Counted from the stretch's first letter, positions 9,668 through 19,676 are shown. The stretch is 64,000 nt of DNA from Faecousia sp. (GCA_045580125.1 JAZNNE010000022.1:30-64029), one strand, 5' to 3'. A program made the numbers and translations. The notes: generated by a model from the sequence alone, not told the origin.

Positions 9668-10762
9668 TTACGTCCGCTCTAAAATATCCGCAATGCGCTT
9701 ACTGGCAAAGCCGTCGCCATAGGGATTGCTGGCGTGGCTCATTCGCTGATATTCCGCTTCGTCCTCCAGCAGCTGCTTGAAATTCTGATAAATAACCTCT
9801 TCATCGGTGCCCACCAGTTTCAGCGTGCCTGCGGCAATGCCCTCAGGACGCTCGGTAGTATCCCGCATTACCAGAACCGGTTTGCCCAGACTGGGGGCTT
9901 CTTCCTGAATACCGCCGGAATCTGTCAAAATCAGATGGCTGCGGCTCATAAAATTGTGGAAGTCCAAAACATCCAGAGGCTCAATGATATGAATTCTGGG
10001 CTCCTGACGCAGATATTTATCTGCGATCTGGCGCACCTGCGGATTCATATGGATGGGATAGATCGCCTTTACATCCGGATGCTCCTCCATCACACGGCGG
10101 ATTGCCCGGAACATATGCTCCATCGGTTCGCCCAAGTTTTCGCGGCGGTGGGCAGTGATCAAAATCAGCCGACTGTCTGCAGCCCACTGCAGCTCCGGAT
10201 GAGAATAGTCATCCTTGACCGTCGTTTTCAGTGCGTCGATCGCCGTATTTCCGGTTACATAGATAGACTCCGGTTTCTTGCCTTCCCGCAGCAGATTCTC
10301 TTTGGATTTTTCTGTTGGCGCAAAATTATATGCGCTCAAAATGCCCACTGCCTGCCGGTTGAATTCCTCCGGATAGGGAGAATAGATATTATACGTACGC
10401 AGACCTGCTTCCACGTGTCCCACGGGAATTTGCAGATAAAAACACGCCAGTGCCGTTACGAATGTCGTGCTGGTATCTCCGTGCACCAAGACCACATCCG
10501 GCTTTTCGATCTCCAGAATTTCCTTGATGCCGTTTAAGATATTTGTGGTTACATCAAACAGCGTCTGCCGATCCTTCATAATGGACAGGTCATAGTCCGG
10601 CACCACATTGAACGCCTGCAGCACCTGATCCAGCATCTGCCGATGCTGACCGGTTACACAAACCTTGGTCTGAATTCCCTTTCTGGTCTTCAGCTCGTTG
10701 ACCAGCGGGCACATCTTAATTGCCTCCGGTCTGGTACCAAACGCCAGCATAACTTTTCTCAT
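9668..10762 (-). CDS. wecB: UDP-N-acetylglucosamine 2-epimerase (non-hydrolysing)
   Basis: GTRPEAIKM, VHGDT, HVEAGLR, PEEFNR, TAHRREN, TDSGGIQEEAP, NPYGDG; true start is ATG 10762. Confidence 0.96.
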   Translation of the reverse strand: MRKVMLAFGTRPEAIKMCPLVNELKTRKGIQTKVCVTGQHRQMLDQVLQAFNVVPDYDLSIMKDRQTLFDVTTNILNGIKEILEIEKPDVVLVHGDTSTTFVTALACFYLQIPVGHVEAGLRTYNIYSPYPEEFNRQAVGILSAYNFAPTEKSKENLLREGKKPESIYVTGNTAIDALKTTVKDDYSHPELQWAADSRLILITAHRRENLGEPMEHMFRAIRRVMEEHPDVKAIYPIHMNPQVRQIADKYLRQEPRIHIIEPLDVLDFHNFMSRSHLILTDSGGIQEEAPSLGKPVLVMRDTTERPEGIAAGTLKLVGTDEEVIYQNFKQLLEDEAEYQRMSHASNPYGDGFASKRIADILERT

Positions 10763-10782
10763 AATTTCCACCTTATCCGTAT

Positions 10783-11739
10783 TCAGGTTTTCCCTGTTAA
10801 TCTTCTTGTATAATAGTACAGCCCGATGGCGGCGGGGAGCTTTCCTGCCACACGGTGCAGGATGCGATACTGTCCGCTCAGGGGCAAATTTTTCTGTTTT
10901 GATAGCTGCACGATCCGGCTTTTCAGTTCTTTGGCTTCGCAGCAGAAGCCGTTCTTGCGGGCCAGGCAGTACAGCCATACCGCAGTCTGGAACATTTTGC
11001 CTTGCGTTTCCATCGCCAGTCCGTCACAGCCAAGGGCTTGCAGCGTCTGAACACGCCGCTCCATAATGGGGAAAATATCCATCGTTTTGGGCGTGAATCG
11101 GGAGTGAATGATGCTTCCCTGCCGCATTACGTAGCCGTAAAGCACCAGATCAGTATACACCACCTTGCAGCACTTGGGCAGCAGACGGGTCATTAGCTCT
11201 TCGTCCTCGTGGCGGATGCCCTCTAGGAATCGCAAGCCTTCAAAAAGCTCTTTTCTGAAAAGCTTGGTGCAGGCAGATGCCGCCACGCCGCCCAGATCAT
11301 ACAGTTTTTGAAAAAACTCAGGCACAGAAGTCAGAACAGCTTGCTCTGTCCCCTGCGTTTCCGGCTGCCAGCTGCCATCGGTTTCCTGATAGAAAAACTG
11401 GACAAAGTCCGCATCCGGATACTGCTGCGCCACATTCAGCAGCAGTTCAACCGCATTGCTTACCAGATAGTCATCGCCATCCACGAACAAAATCCAATCA
11501 CCGGCGGCAACATCCAAGCCGGCATTTCGTGCTGAGGACAAGCCGCCGTTTTCCTTGTGGACCACGCGGATCCGGCTGTCCGTTACCGCATATTCGTCGC
11601 AGAGAACGCTGCTGCCATCGGTGGAGCCGTCGTCTACCAAAATGATCTCCACGTCAGGGCAAGTCTGTCCTTGCAGACTCTTGACGCAGGCCGGCAGATA
11701 TTCACTTATGTTGTATACCGGCACAATGATCGATACCAT
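10783..11739 (-). CDS. Glycosyltransferase family 2
   Basis: VSIIVPVYN, ILVDDGSTD, SARNAGLD, LFVDGDD. Confidence 0.92.
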   Translation of the reverse strand: MVSIIVPVYNISEYLPACVKSLQGQTCPDVEIILVDDGSTDGSSVLCDEYAVTDSRIRVVHKENGGLSSARNAGLDVAAGDWILFVDGDDYLVSNAVELLLNVAQQYPDADFVQFFYQETDGSWQPETQGTEQAVLTSVPEFFQKLYDLGGVAASACTKLFRKELFEGLRFLEGIRHEDEELMTRLLPKCCKVVYTDLVLYGYVMRQGSIIHSRFTPKTMDIFPIMERRVQTLQALGCDGLAMETQGKMFQTAVWLYCLARKNGFCCEAKELKSRIVQLSKQKNLPLSGQYRILHRVAGKLPAAIGLYYYTRRLTGKT

Positions 11740-11740
11740 T

Positions 11741-12736
11741 TTAGTCCCTACCCAGTATGTTCTTAATTATCTTCTTCAGCCGCATTTTTCGCAGTGTGCG
11801 GCGGTTCGTGTAGTGGCTGTTTTTCGCCAATTCTTTTTGTTCTTTTCGGGGCAGTTTTGCTGCCACCGCCCCGATCACGGAGCGGAAGGCTGCCGTCAGC
11901 TTTTCTTCATTATAGAAGGTCTTCTCGCAATTTGCCGCTGTAACTAGCGCAAAAAATGCGTCCAATTCCAAAATCTGCTCCGCAGAATTCAGTTTTTCAC
12001 CTTGACAATAGCAGAAAAACGCATTAGGCACTTCTGTCTCTATACCCAACTGCCGGATCTGTCGAATTTTCACTGCCCGCAGCAGGTCCAGATAGCGTGC
12101 GCTTTGGTTTTGTGTTACCTGACCGCCGTGGACACGGTATCGAAGCAGAATGTCAGGCAGTGTGGTAATTTGATGTTTTTCCAACACGCGGCACCAGAGT
12201 TCATAATCCTCCAAGCCGTGATAATCCGGCGCATATCCGCCCAGCTGTCGGATCACGTTGGTTCGCATCATAACGCTGGGGTGCGCCAAGCCGCAGGCAA
12301 ACAGCATATCCACCTTCATCTGCTCCGGATCTGTCGCAGACCAGCCGGTGCAGATCGTGCCTGTTTCATTGAAAGTTTCCACGTTTGTGCCCAGCACGGC
12401 GACATCTTCATTCGCATTCAAGAACGCCACTTGCTTTGCAAACCGTTGCGGCAGAGACATGTCGTCGGCATCCATGCGGGCGATGTATTCTCCCTTAGCA
12501 ATTTCAAGACCGACATTCAGCGTTTTTGCCACGCCTAGGTTTTGCTCGTTCTTTACATAGACGATCCGCGGATCGTCGTAAGACAGAATGATCTCCTCGG
12601 TGCGATCGCAGGAGCAGTCATTGATGATGATAAGCTCAAAATCCTTGTATGTCTGCCCCAGAATGCTCTCGATGGCCTGCGCTATGTACTTTTCGGCATT
12701 ATATGCCGGCATAATGACGCTGACCAGTTTCATCAC
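11741..12736 (-). CDS. Glycosyltransferase family 2
   Basis: VSVIMPAYN, IINDCSCD, YIARMDADD, AHPSVMMR, EDYELW. Confidence 0.92.
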   Translation of the reverse strand: MMKLVSVIMPAYNAEKYIAQAIESILGQTYKDFELIIINDCSCDRTEEIILSYDDPRIVYVKNEQNLGVAKTLNVGLEIAKGEYIARMDADDMSLPQRFAKQVAFLNANEDVAVLGTNVETFNETGTICTGWSATDPEQMKVDMLFACGLAHPSVMMRTNVIRQLGGYAPDYHGLEDYELWCRVLEKHQITTLPDILLRYRVHGGQVTQNQSARYLDLLRAVKIRQIRQLGIETEVPNAFFCYCQGEKLNSAEQILELDAFFALVTAANCEKTFYNEEKLTAAFRSVIGAVAAKLPRKEQKELAKNSHYTNRRTLRKMRLKKIIKNILGRD

Positions 12737-12745
12737 ACGTTCCTC

Positions 12746-13726
12746 TTACATTTCATTTTCCGACAGAATATGGGCATAAACCGTTTTTTGTCCATCATCC
12801 GTCTGCGTCGTTAGTTTTCCTTTGTAGCTCAATTTGAAGAATTCATTTTGCGCCAGTAGGTTTTCATAGCTTTCCTGCTTATATGCATCGTTCAAATGCT
12901 TTTGTAGCAGCCAGATATTGGGGTTATTCGGCGCAACCCCATCAATGCTCTGCCGAATCGCAGGTACACCGCAGTAGCCCGCCCATAGGAGATAATCAAA
13001 AAACACATAATCGATAATCCGATTGTGGTGTGCCCAATAATAGCACAACGCCTCAAACATAAAGGAAAAAATCTCGCAATCTGCTTGTCCGCCAATGAAA
13101 AAGCCGCACCATTTTCCTCTGCAGGCTTCTGTAGGGCAGTCTTCCCAGCTTTCGAATCGCTGAGTATAGAACTTTTCTGTCAGCAATTCGTCTGTGAATT
13201 TCTTAGAAAAGCACACCGTTGAATCCACCCACGCACCGCCATAGGTGCGCAGCAATGCAAACCGCAGCACATCAGAAAGGTGCGCAGCACCAATGATCCC
13301 TTGCTTGTGTTTTTCCAGAACAAACTCGGGAAGATCTACATACTGCGCATAATTGTCCCAAGCAACGATGTGTACCTGCGCATTGTCAGGCACAAGCTTT
13401 CGCATCCGATTCACACACGCCTTTACAATGGGCGGCATATTCTCCTCGCCCTGCCACCAGCAGACCCAAACCGGAATTTTCTCCAGCTTTTTCTTTGGCG
13501 TTGCCTTCGGGATCTCGCCTTTTGTGTATTTTCCCGTCAAGGGCGTAAGCTCCCTGATCATATACGCAGACAGTGTTTCAATATAGCGCTTGCTTTTTCC
13601 CGTAGGAATCAGCACATCCCAGAATTTGACCCGCGCAACCTTGCGACCAAACTCCCGCCGATCATTGGGATATTCCTTGCAGCAAGCAGTAAACCGCTGC
13701 ATCAGGTGCTTGATCTTTTTCAGCAT
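12746..13726 (-). CDS. Capsular polysaccharide synthesis protein (Caps_synth, GT32 clan)
   Basis: VWVCWWQGEENMPPIVKAC, HLSDVLRFALLRTYGGAWVDST, KLSYK. Confidence 0.88.
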   Translation of the reverse strand: MLKKIKHLMQRFTACCKEYPNDRREFGRKVARVKFWDVLIPTGKSKRYIETLSAYMIRELTPLTGKYTKGEIPKATPKKKLEKIPVWVCWWQGEENMPPIVKACVNRMRKLVPDNAQVHIVAWDNYAQYVDLPEFVLEKHKQGIIGAAHLSDVLRFALLRTYGGAWVDSTVCFSKKFTDELLTEKFYTQRFESWEDCPTEACRGKWCGFFIGGQADCEIFSFMFEALCYYWAHHNRIIDYVFFDYLLWAGYCGVPAIRQSIDGVAPNNPNIWLLQKHLNDAYKQESYENLLAQNEFFKLSYKGKLTTQTDDGQKTVYAHILSENEM

Positions 13727-13729
13727 TCC

Positions 13730-14707
13730 TTATCTCCCGTGTTTTTTGTTGGCCAGCCACGCAAGGGCGCATAATGGCAGCACTTTTTTGCGCTCCATCA
13801 GTTTCTCACGCAAACCGATATTGACGGTCTGTGATAATACCTGCTGCAGACATTCATCATTGCAAATGTTCTTAACCTTCTCCCGTCTTTGCCCCATTGT
13901 CAGCGGAGAGGTTTTATAGAAATAATTGCAAACTGCAGCAAACGCGCCGCTTAACAGCTGGCGGTTGTAAACCTGCGCGTAGCCCTCATGATTCCAATGC
14001 AATTCCAGTGCCTGCATGATTGCCTTATGCACCAGCACATACGCTTCAAAATAATCTTCGTGATAGCGATGCACCGCGCTTTCGCCGTGCATCAGCCGGT
14101 AATATAGGGGTGTTTTCAAATACCGCAAACTGTTGCTGCGACCCATTGCGTACAGATTGAACAGCCGATCCTCGGAGAATTTGATTCCCTGCGGGAAACG
14201 AATGCCGAAAATGCACTCTGCCCGATACAAACACCGCCAGACAGATCCAGCCATCTGTCCCAGCAGTGCCGGAGTCCAATCCGCACTGGTAATAGTGCAG
14301 TCCGCTTCCAGTAACGGAATCGTATCCGGCTCTGTCCGACCATCGCCCCATACCGTCACAGCATCCCACATCACAATGTCACAGCCGTCCGTCTGGCGTA
14401 ACGCTGTTTCGTAGGTTTCAGGCGCGATCTCATCATCCGCGTCCACAAAGCCAATAAAGTCGCCGGTTGCCAGCTCTAAACCCGCGTTTCTGGCAGCAGA
14501 AACACCCTGATTTTCCTGATGGATCACCTTAACTCGAATATCTTTTTCTGCCCAGCGGTCACAAATAGCACCGCTATTATCTTTCGACCCATCGTTGACC
14601 AAAATCAACTCGATGTCCGGATGCGTTTGACTTAAAACGGACTCTATGCACTTGTCTAAGTAGCGTTCACCGTTGTATACGGGAACGATTACACTAACTC
14701 TTGACAT
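13730..14707 (-). CDS. Glycosyltransferase family 2
   Basis: Start moved to 14707: MSRVSVIVPVYNGERYL...ILVNDGS...ARNAGL...GFVDADD. Confidence 0.92.
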   Translation of the reverse strand: MSRVSVIVPVYNGERYLDKCIESVLSQTHPDIELILVNDGSKDNSGAICDRWAEKDIRVKVIHQENQGVSAARNAGLELATGDFIGFVDADDEIAPETYETALRQTDGCDIVMWDAVTVWGDGRTEPDTIPLLEADCTITSADWTPALLGQMAGSVWRCLYRAECIFGIRFPQGIKFSEDRLFNLYAMGRSNSLRYLKTPLYYRLMHGESAVHRYHEDYFEAYVLVHKAIMQALELHWNHEGYAQVYNRQLLSGAFAAVCNYFYKTSPLTMGQRREKVKNICNDECLQQVLSQTVNIGLREKLMERKKVLPLCALAWLANKKHGR

Positions 14708-15813
14708 TTTTGCTCCTTCAGCAACGCGACCCTGCCCAACAGCAAGCCCAAAATCACGTACGGAATAATATTGGGACTGGCGGCAAATATACCCAACTCT
14801 ACAGACTGCTGCCAGAAAATTACGAAAAATGCAGAAATCGCGCCGGCGACACAGATATCGTCCCAATACGGCAGCGTTTTGCTCAGTATCACCTTAAACA
14901 TACCGATCCACAGCCCATAGCCCACAACACCGTAGGCCACCAGGCAAGCGATTGCACTGTTATGATAGTAACCGATATCCACATTGCCTGTGCCAAATAA
15001 GAAATTATTCGATACGGTGGTCAGCGCCCCAAGCCAAATCTCTTCCCGTCCGCTGAACAATACTTTGTCAAATTTCTCCTGGCTCCACGCATTCAGCGCA
15101 TCCATATCCGCATATGTTGCAATTAAGCAGCCGATCAGTGCCACGATCAGCGGTATCTGCAGTGCCAGATCGATCCGCCACTTGGCGCGGAAGATCTTTT
15201 CAAAGGGAAGGAATCGGAAAACGATCAGCAAATTCAGTATGATCGCAAACATACAAGATCGGGAATCCGTGGCGCGCAGCAAGAACACATATGCCGCGCC
15301 CACCAGTGCGATCATAATCATACTTTTTGTATTCCGGACACCGTAATAGGGAATGGTAAAAACCAAATAACTGAACAGACCGATCATGGCAATGGAATTA
15401 TCGTTCCATCCGGACAAGGCCGTCATATAATTGTAGATAAACAAAATTGCCAATCCCAAGCCGCCGTATGCAAGGCTTACCAAATACAGATCCTCGTGTT
15501 TCGGGCGTGTACGGGATACTGCGTAGGTTACCAAAAACACCCACAAATAGTGCAGGCTGACCATTCCATAACCCTTCGCCATAGAAACTGTAACAAACAG
15601 TCCTACCATAAACAGCAGTGTCAGGAAATGCTTTTTGGGAATAAGCCAGCCCTTGCGGAAGCGCCCCTCCCACAGCAGCAGCAGGAATGCCAGCGCCAGC
15701 GCCAATAGTCGGGCATATTCCGTTGTGCGGTAAGCGTTGCCTATGCCTGTGCCGTTGAGCAATGCCACAAGCCACAGCAAAACCATAGCGCCGGTATAAA
15801 GAATCGAACTCAT
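14689..15813 (-). CDS. Wzy_C-family membrane protein (polymerase, O-antigen ligase or O-oligosaccharyltransferase)
   Basis: About 10 hydrophobic segments; DSRS after a TM pair, FSGREEIW loop and YHNSAI motif, typical of the Wzy_C/WaaL family. Confidence 0.75.
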   Translation of the reverse strand: MSSILYTGAMVLLWLVALLNGTGIGNAYRTTEYARLLALALAFLLLLWEGRFRKGWLIPKKHFLTLLFMVGLFVTVSMAKGYGMVSLHYLWVFLVTYAVSRTRPKHEDLYLVSLAYGGLGLAILFIYNYMTALSGWNDNSIAMIGLFSYLVFTIPYYGVRNTKSMIMIALVGAAYVFLLRATDSRSCMFAIILNLLIVFRFLPFEKIFRAKWRIDLALQIPLIVALIGCLIATYADMDALNAWSQEKFDKVLFSGREEIWLGALTTVSNNFLFGTGNVDIGYYHNSAIACLVAYGVVGYGLWIGMFKVILSKTLPYWDDICVAGAISAFFVIFWQQSVELGIFAASPNIIPYVILGLLLGRVALLKEQKCQELV

Positions 15814-15855
15814 ACTTTCACCTTAATGCGTAGAAATGTAAAAACGTTTCGGGGT

Positions 15856-16722
15856 TCAAATCCCCCGTAAAAGCTTGTAATAAATGCGGAAGAACAATCC
15901 CGGCAGCACCGACAGTGCCACCAAAATTCTGTGTTTTCCGTCGTATTTCAGTTCTTTACGCTTGCAGATCCACCGGAAGCACCAGTACTTTCCCGCTGTA
16001 ATCATCCGTTGCTTCAAGCTCCGCTGCAGATCGATCCGCTGCAGGAAATACAGGCAATAGCCAGCGGGGTTATTTCGCATCAATCGCGAAGCGTCGCTGG
16101 AATAGCCACCCGCTTGGTATTCGCAGACCGTAACGACCTCCGGTAGCAGGGCAAATTCCCCGTTGCGATCCATACGGTCATACACAACGCACTCCGTCAC
16201 AAACCGCTCCCCATCAAATACAGGAAATGGAAACTGCCGCGCAAAGTCCGTGGCAAACGCAAGGGAAAACTCGCCTTGACAGCCGTACTCTGCTGTCAGA
16301 CGGTACATCTGCGTCTTTTGGATCCCCTCGGGGAATGCACCGCTGAGCAGACGACCGCCAAAATCTTGTTTGTAGGCAATGATGCCTTGTTCGCCATTGA
16401 GCTGCGTGCGCTTTTCTGCCAGTTTTGCAACAGCATCCGGTGCCAGCAAATCGTCAGAATCCACGCAGAGAAACCACGCCCCTGCCGCTTGCTCCAGTGC
16501 CAGATTGTGGGCGGAATGCTTGCCGCCGTTTTCTTTTTTACAGTAGCGGATATTTACCTTTTTCTCGTCGATAAATGACTGTACCACCATCGCGGTATCG
16601 TCTGTGGAGCCATCGTCGATGATCAGCCATTCAAAGTCATCACAAGTTTGCTCGCATAGGCTGCGATAAAGCCTCGGCAGCATATCCGCCCGATTGTAAG
16701 CGGGTGTAAAAACAGTCAGCAT
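15856..16722 (-). CDS. Glycosyltransferase family 2
   Basis: LTVFTPAYNR, IIDDGSTD, NGGKHSAHN, CVDSDD. Confidence 0.92.
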   Translation of the reverse strand: MLTVFTPAYNRADMLPRLYRSLCEQTCDDFEWLIIDDGSTDDTAMVVQSFIDEKKVNIRYCKKENGGKHSAHNLALEQAAGAWFLCVDSDDLLAPDAVAKLAEKRTQLNGEQGIIAYKQDFGGRLLSGAFPEGIQKTQMYRLTAEYGCQGEFSLAFATDFARQFPFPVFDGERFVTECVVYDRMDRNGEFALLPEVVTVCEYQAGGYSSDASRLMRNNPAGYCLYFLQRIDLQRSLKQRMITAGKYWCFRWICKRKELKYDGKHRILVALSVLPGLFFRIYYKLLRGI

Positions 16723-16723
16723 T

Positions 16724-17434
16724 TTATTTCCTCTTTAGCCACCGAAGGCAGTTCTTTCCAAAAACGCGCCGCAAGAATCGGGTGATCTTACTGCGGATGC
16801 GCGTTGCAGGTGATACCCAAGATTTATTGAACCAATGAATAGCTGCTGTGTTCGCAGTTTTGTGAAGCACACCAGTTGCATTGTCATAAGGGCAAAACAC
16901 ATCCTGCGGATACAACGCAAAGCCGTCCACGATCTGGAACTCACCGTTGGGAACGAACCCCTTTTCCGTTAACATCTGCGTAATGATGATGACATTTGTC
17001 GTTGTATCCAGCGTTCCGTCCTCCTGAATAAAGGGCCGATCTTTATAATAGCCCAGCAAGTCCGCAAACAGAGGAAAATTCTGCTCGCCCGCCATAATTC
17101 CAGTGGGGATGTGGATCTCAGACTCAAATCCGGAGAAACCGCGATGCTCCAAAAAAGCATCGAGATTCTTTGTCAGCTCCACATCTGTATCCATATAAAC
17201 GCCGCCCTGGGTATACATCGCATAAAGGCGGACATAGTCGGTCACAAAGGCAAACTTTTTGCTTTGATATGCTTCGTTTACGTATTGACAAGCCTCAACA
17301 TCAAAATTGCTCTCATCCCAACGGATGATCTCGTAGTCAGGGCAGTACTTTTCCCAGCTGGCTATGCATTTTTTTGCCAGCTCCGGCAGTTCCTTTCCGC
17401 CAAACCAGCAATAATGGATCTTCTTCGGTATCAT
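16724..17434 (-). CDS. GT32-type DxD glycosyltransferase
   Basis: MIPKKIHYCWFGG...AFVTDYVR...GGVYMDTDVE. Confidence 0.9.
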   Translation of the reverse strand: MIPKKIHYCWFGGKELPELAKKCIASWEKYCPDYEIIRWDESNFDVEACQYVNEAYQSKKFAFVTDYVRLYAMYTQGGVYMDTDVELTKNLDAFLEHRGFSGFESEIHIPTGIMAGEQNFPLFADLLGYYKDRPFIQEDGTLDTTTNVIIITQMLTEKGFVPNGEFQIVDGFALYPQDVFCPYDNATGVLHKTANTAAIHWFNKSWVSPATRIRSKITRFLRRVFGKNCLRWLKRK

Positions 17435-18243
17435 TTCGTCAAACTCCCAAGACGTTTTTTGTGCAGCTTTTCATACAGCCACGCAGGCATCAAGCCCACC
17501 AAAATCGGTCGCAGTGCTCGCAGATAATTGTACGCCGGCAGCTTCAGCAGCCGCACCGCTTTGCAAAGCACTCTGGCTTCATTAATGCGGAAACGGAATT
17601 TTCTGCGACCGAAAGCATTGCGGTCGTCCCGCATCTGATACAGCGGCTCATCCAGATTCATACCGCGGTAGCCTGCGGCATACAGCTTGACCCACAGGTC
17701 ATAATCCTCTACCCGCAGGTACTTATCGTCATCGGTATAACCACCGATCTGCTCCATTACCGAGCGGCGCACCATACACGGCGCGTGGCAGAAGGGTGTT
17801 CCGTGGAGGAAATCCTTTTTCTTGGGGAACGGGATCACCTGACCTCTGCCCCACTGCCCATTTTCGTCAAAATACGCCATTGCCGTGCTGACCACCGCCA
17901 TACTGGGATGCTCCCGCAGGGCTGCGATTTCTTTTTCAAACCGGTCTGCAGAGCACAGATCATCGCCGTCCATACGGGCAACAAATTCACCGGAGGCCTG
18001 CGCCAGACATCTGTTCAGCGTATAATTCAGACCCATATTCTTTTCATTCTTCAGCAGAATGATCTTCTCCGGATATTGCTGCCGGATGCTATCCGCCGCG
18101 GCGTATGTACAGTCTCTGGAGCCATCGTCGCACAAAATCAGCTCCCAGTTGGTATAGGTCTGATTCAGTATCGATTCGATCGCCGACGGCAATGTGCCGG
18201 CGCAATTATAGATACCCATCAGGATCGATATTTTACCGTTCAT
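17431..18243 (-). CDS. Glycosyltransferase family 2
   Basis: ISILMGIYN, LCDDGSRD, VARMDGDD, HAPCMVR, EDYDLW. Confidence 0.92.
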   Translation of the reverse strand: MNGKISILMGIYNCAGTLPSAIESILNQTYTNWELILCDDGSRDCTYAAADSIRQQYPEKIILLKNEKNMGLNYTLNRCLAQASGEFVARMDGDDLCSADRFEKEIAALREHPSMAVVSTAMAYFDENGQWGRGQVIPFPKKKDFLHGTPFCHAPCMVRRSVMEQIGGYTDDDKYLRVEDYDLWVKLYAAGYRGMNLDEPLYQMRDDRNAFGRRKFRFRINEARVLCKAVRLLKLPAYNYLRALRPILVGLMPAWLYEKLHKKRLGSLTK

Positions 18244-18253
18244 ACGTATCCTC

Positions 18254-19402
18254 TTATAAGCAGTTCATCAGCCACTTCCGGTCTTCCAGAATGTATCTCT
18301 TCAGCTTGGTCTGCTCAAATCTTTCAAACGCAAAGCGACGGGCTTTCTCTGCAAATTTTGCTCGCATTTCCCCATCCTCCTGCATTCTCCGCATTCCCTC
18401 GCAAAGAGATTCTACATTTTCCTTCTGTACTACGATTCCCGTTTCGTTGGGGAGCATCGCATCGGTAGGACCTGGAATGTCTGTAACAATCACGGGAACA
18501 CCCATTGCTTCCGCCTCAACTACAGCGCTGCCAAAGCCTTCCCGATGGCTGGGCAGGATATAAACATCCATTGCCGATAAATGCTGTTCTACCACTTCGG
18601 AATAACCGCAGAAAAGCATCCGCTGTTCATTTTGCGCCCAATCCAGCAGTGCCGGATCCAAAGTGTCGGTCCTTTCCAGATCGCCCACCAGCATCACCCA
18701 GGATTCAGGCTTTTCCTCCAGGATCCGCTTGCTGGCAGCAAACAGTTCGTTCACGCCTTTGTCGCCGGTAATTCGGCCTATAAAGCCGTATACAAAATCA
18801 TCTTTGCCAATTCCGTATTGCTGGCGGATGGCTTTTCGCCACTGGGCCTTGTGAGAAATATCAAACTTCTGAAGATCTACGCCGCTGGCGCTGCCGCTCC
18901 AAATCACAGAGCCCTTCTCTTTCGGATACAAGCCTTCCTCGTGGCTGAATCTCAAGTTGCCAAAGCTATCTGGCTCGATCCAGGTGGAGCGTCTGCAGAT
19001 CACCTTTTCCAGCGCCTTGAAAATTCTGCGCTTGATGCCGGTAAAGCCCACATAGGCAATGCCCCACTGGCAGTACAGCCGCACCGGAACCTTGGCGATC
19101 TTCGCCGCCATAGATGCGTAGAAAGAGGCATTGGGCGTAGAATACTGCACCATATCGAATTTTTCACTGCGGAAAATTTTGACCATTTGACGCATTGCTT
19201 TAATGCCGCTGAGGCTCACGCCCCGCTGCATAGTGACCGGGATATACCGCACGCCCTCCGGAAGCTGCTCCTGCAGATTGGGGTCTTCGTGGCAGATCAC
19301 CGTGATCTCCCAGTCCGTGTGCTCCTTAAAATAACGGATCACCGGAAGCACAAAGGCGCGGATGGTCAATGATACAGTTGTAACAAAACAAATCTTCTTC
19401 AT
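18254..19402 (-). CDS. Glycosyltransferase family 4 (GT-B); first gene of the operon
   Basis: GFIGRITGDKG, DVYILPSHREGFGSAVVEAEAMGVPVI (EX7E motif). Confidence 0.92.
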   Translation of the reverse strand: MKKICFVTTVSLTIRAFVLPVIRYFKEHTDWEITVICHEDPNLQEQLPEGVRYIPVTMQRGVSLSGIKAMRQMVKIFRSEKFDMVQYSTPNASFYASMAAKIAKVPVRLYCQWGIAYVGFTGIKRRIFKALEKVICRRSTWIEPDSFGNLRFSHEEGLYPKEKGSVIWSGSASGVDLQKFDISHKAQWRKAIRQQYGIGKDDFVYGFIGRITGDKGVNELFAASKRILEEKPESWVMLVGDLERTDTLDPALLDWAQNEQRMLFCGYSEVVEQHLSAMDVYILPSHREGFGSAVVEAEAMGVPVIVTDIPGPTDAMLPNETGIVVQKENVESLCEGMRRMQEDGEMRAKFAEKARRFAFERFEQTKLKRYILEDRKWLMNCL

Positions 19403-19514
19403 TCTATCTTCCTCGCAGGTACGAATACTGTAATTACGGGGTCCAAACGGTCAATTTGACCTTAATTTTCAATAAACTTCCATTTTTTGCAAAATGCCCA
19501 TAGTATGACACCTT

Positions 19515-19543
19515 ATTATAGCATTTTTTTGGATAGATTGCAA
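19515..19543 (-). promoter_or_regulatory. sigmaA-type promoter of the polysaccharide operon
   Basis: Minus strand TTGCAA-17 bp-TATAAT with extended -10 TG. Confidence 0.8.
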
Positions 19544-19676
19544 CAGATTTTTAATATTTCAACGCAAAATGCTCTGCTATTTCTACAGAATCCTGTGCGT
19601 TAATTGTTGAAACAGATTCTTGAAATATGTGCGGTCATTTGACAGAGAATATGTGCATCTATGCTATGTCTCCAGA

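Noticed and set aside
7863-10537. Plus-strand ORFs of 377 aa and 267 aa
   Set aside because: Antisense to wzt/wzm and wecB; no motifs.
9668-10978. ORF-track N-terminal extensions (also 13730-14866, 22262-22900, 22605-23354, 35150-36277, 43192-44436)
   Set aside because: The extensions overlap neighbouring genes or promoters; RBS position and family N-termini support the shorter starts used above.
15850-15867. tRNA T-arm look-alike CGGGGTTCAAATCCCCCG
   Set aside because: Isolated hairpin overlapping the end of a GT2 gene on the opposite strand, with no other tRNA arms.
19524-19530. Phase-variable homopolymer in the operon promoter spacer
   Set aside because: Only 7 nt, at the optimal 17-bp spacing; too short to claim without read-level length variation.
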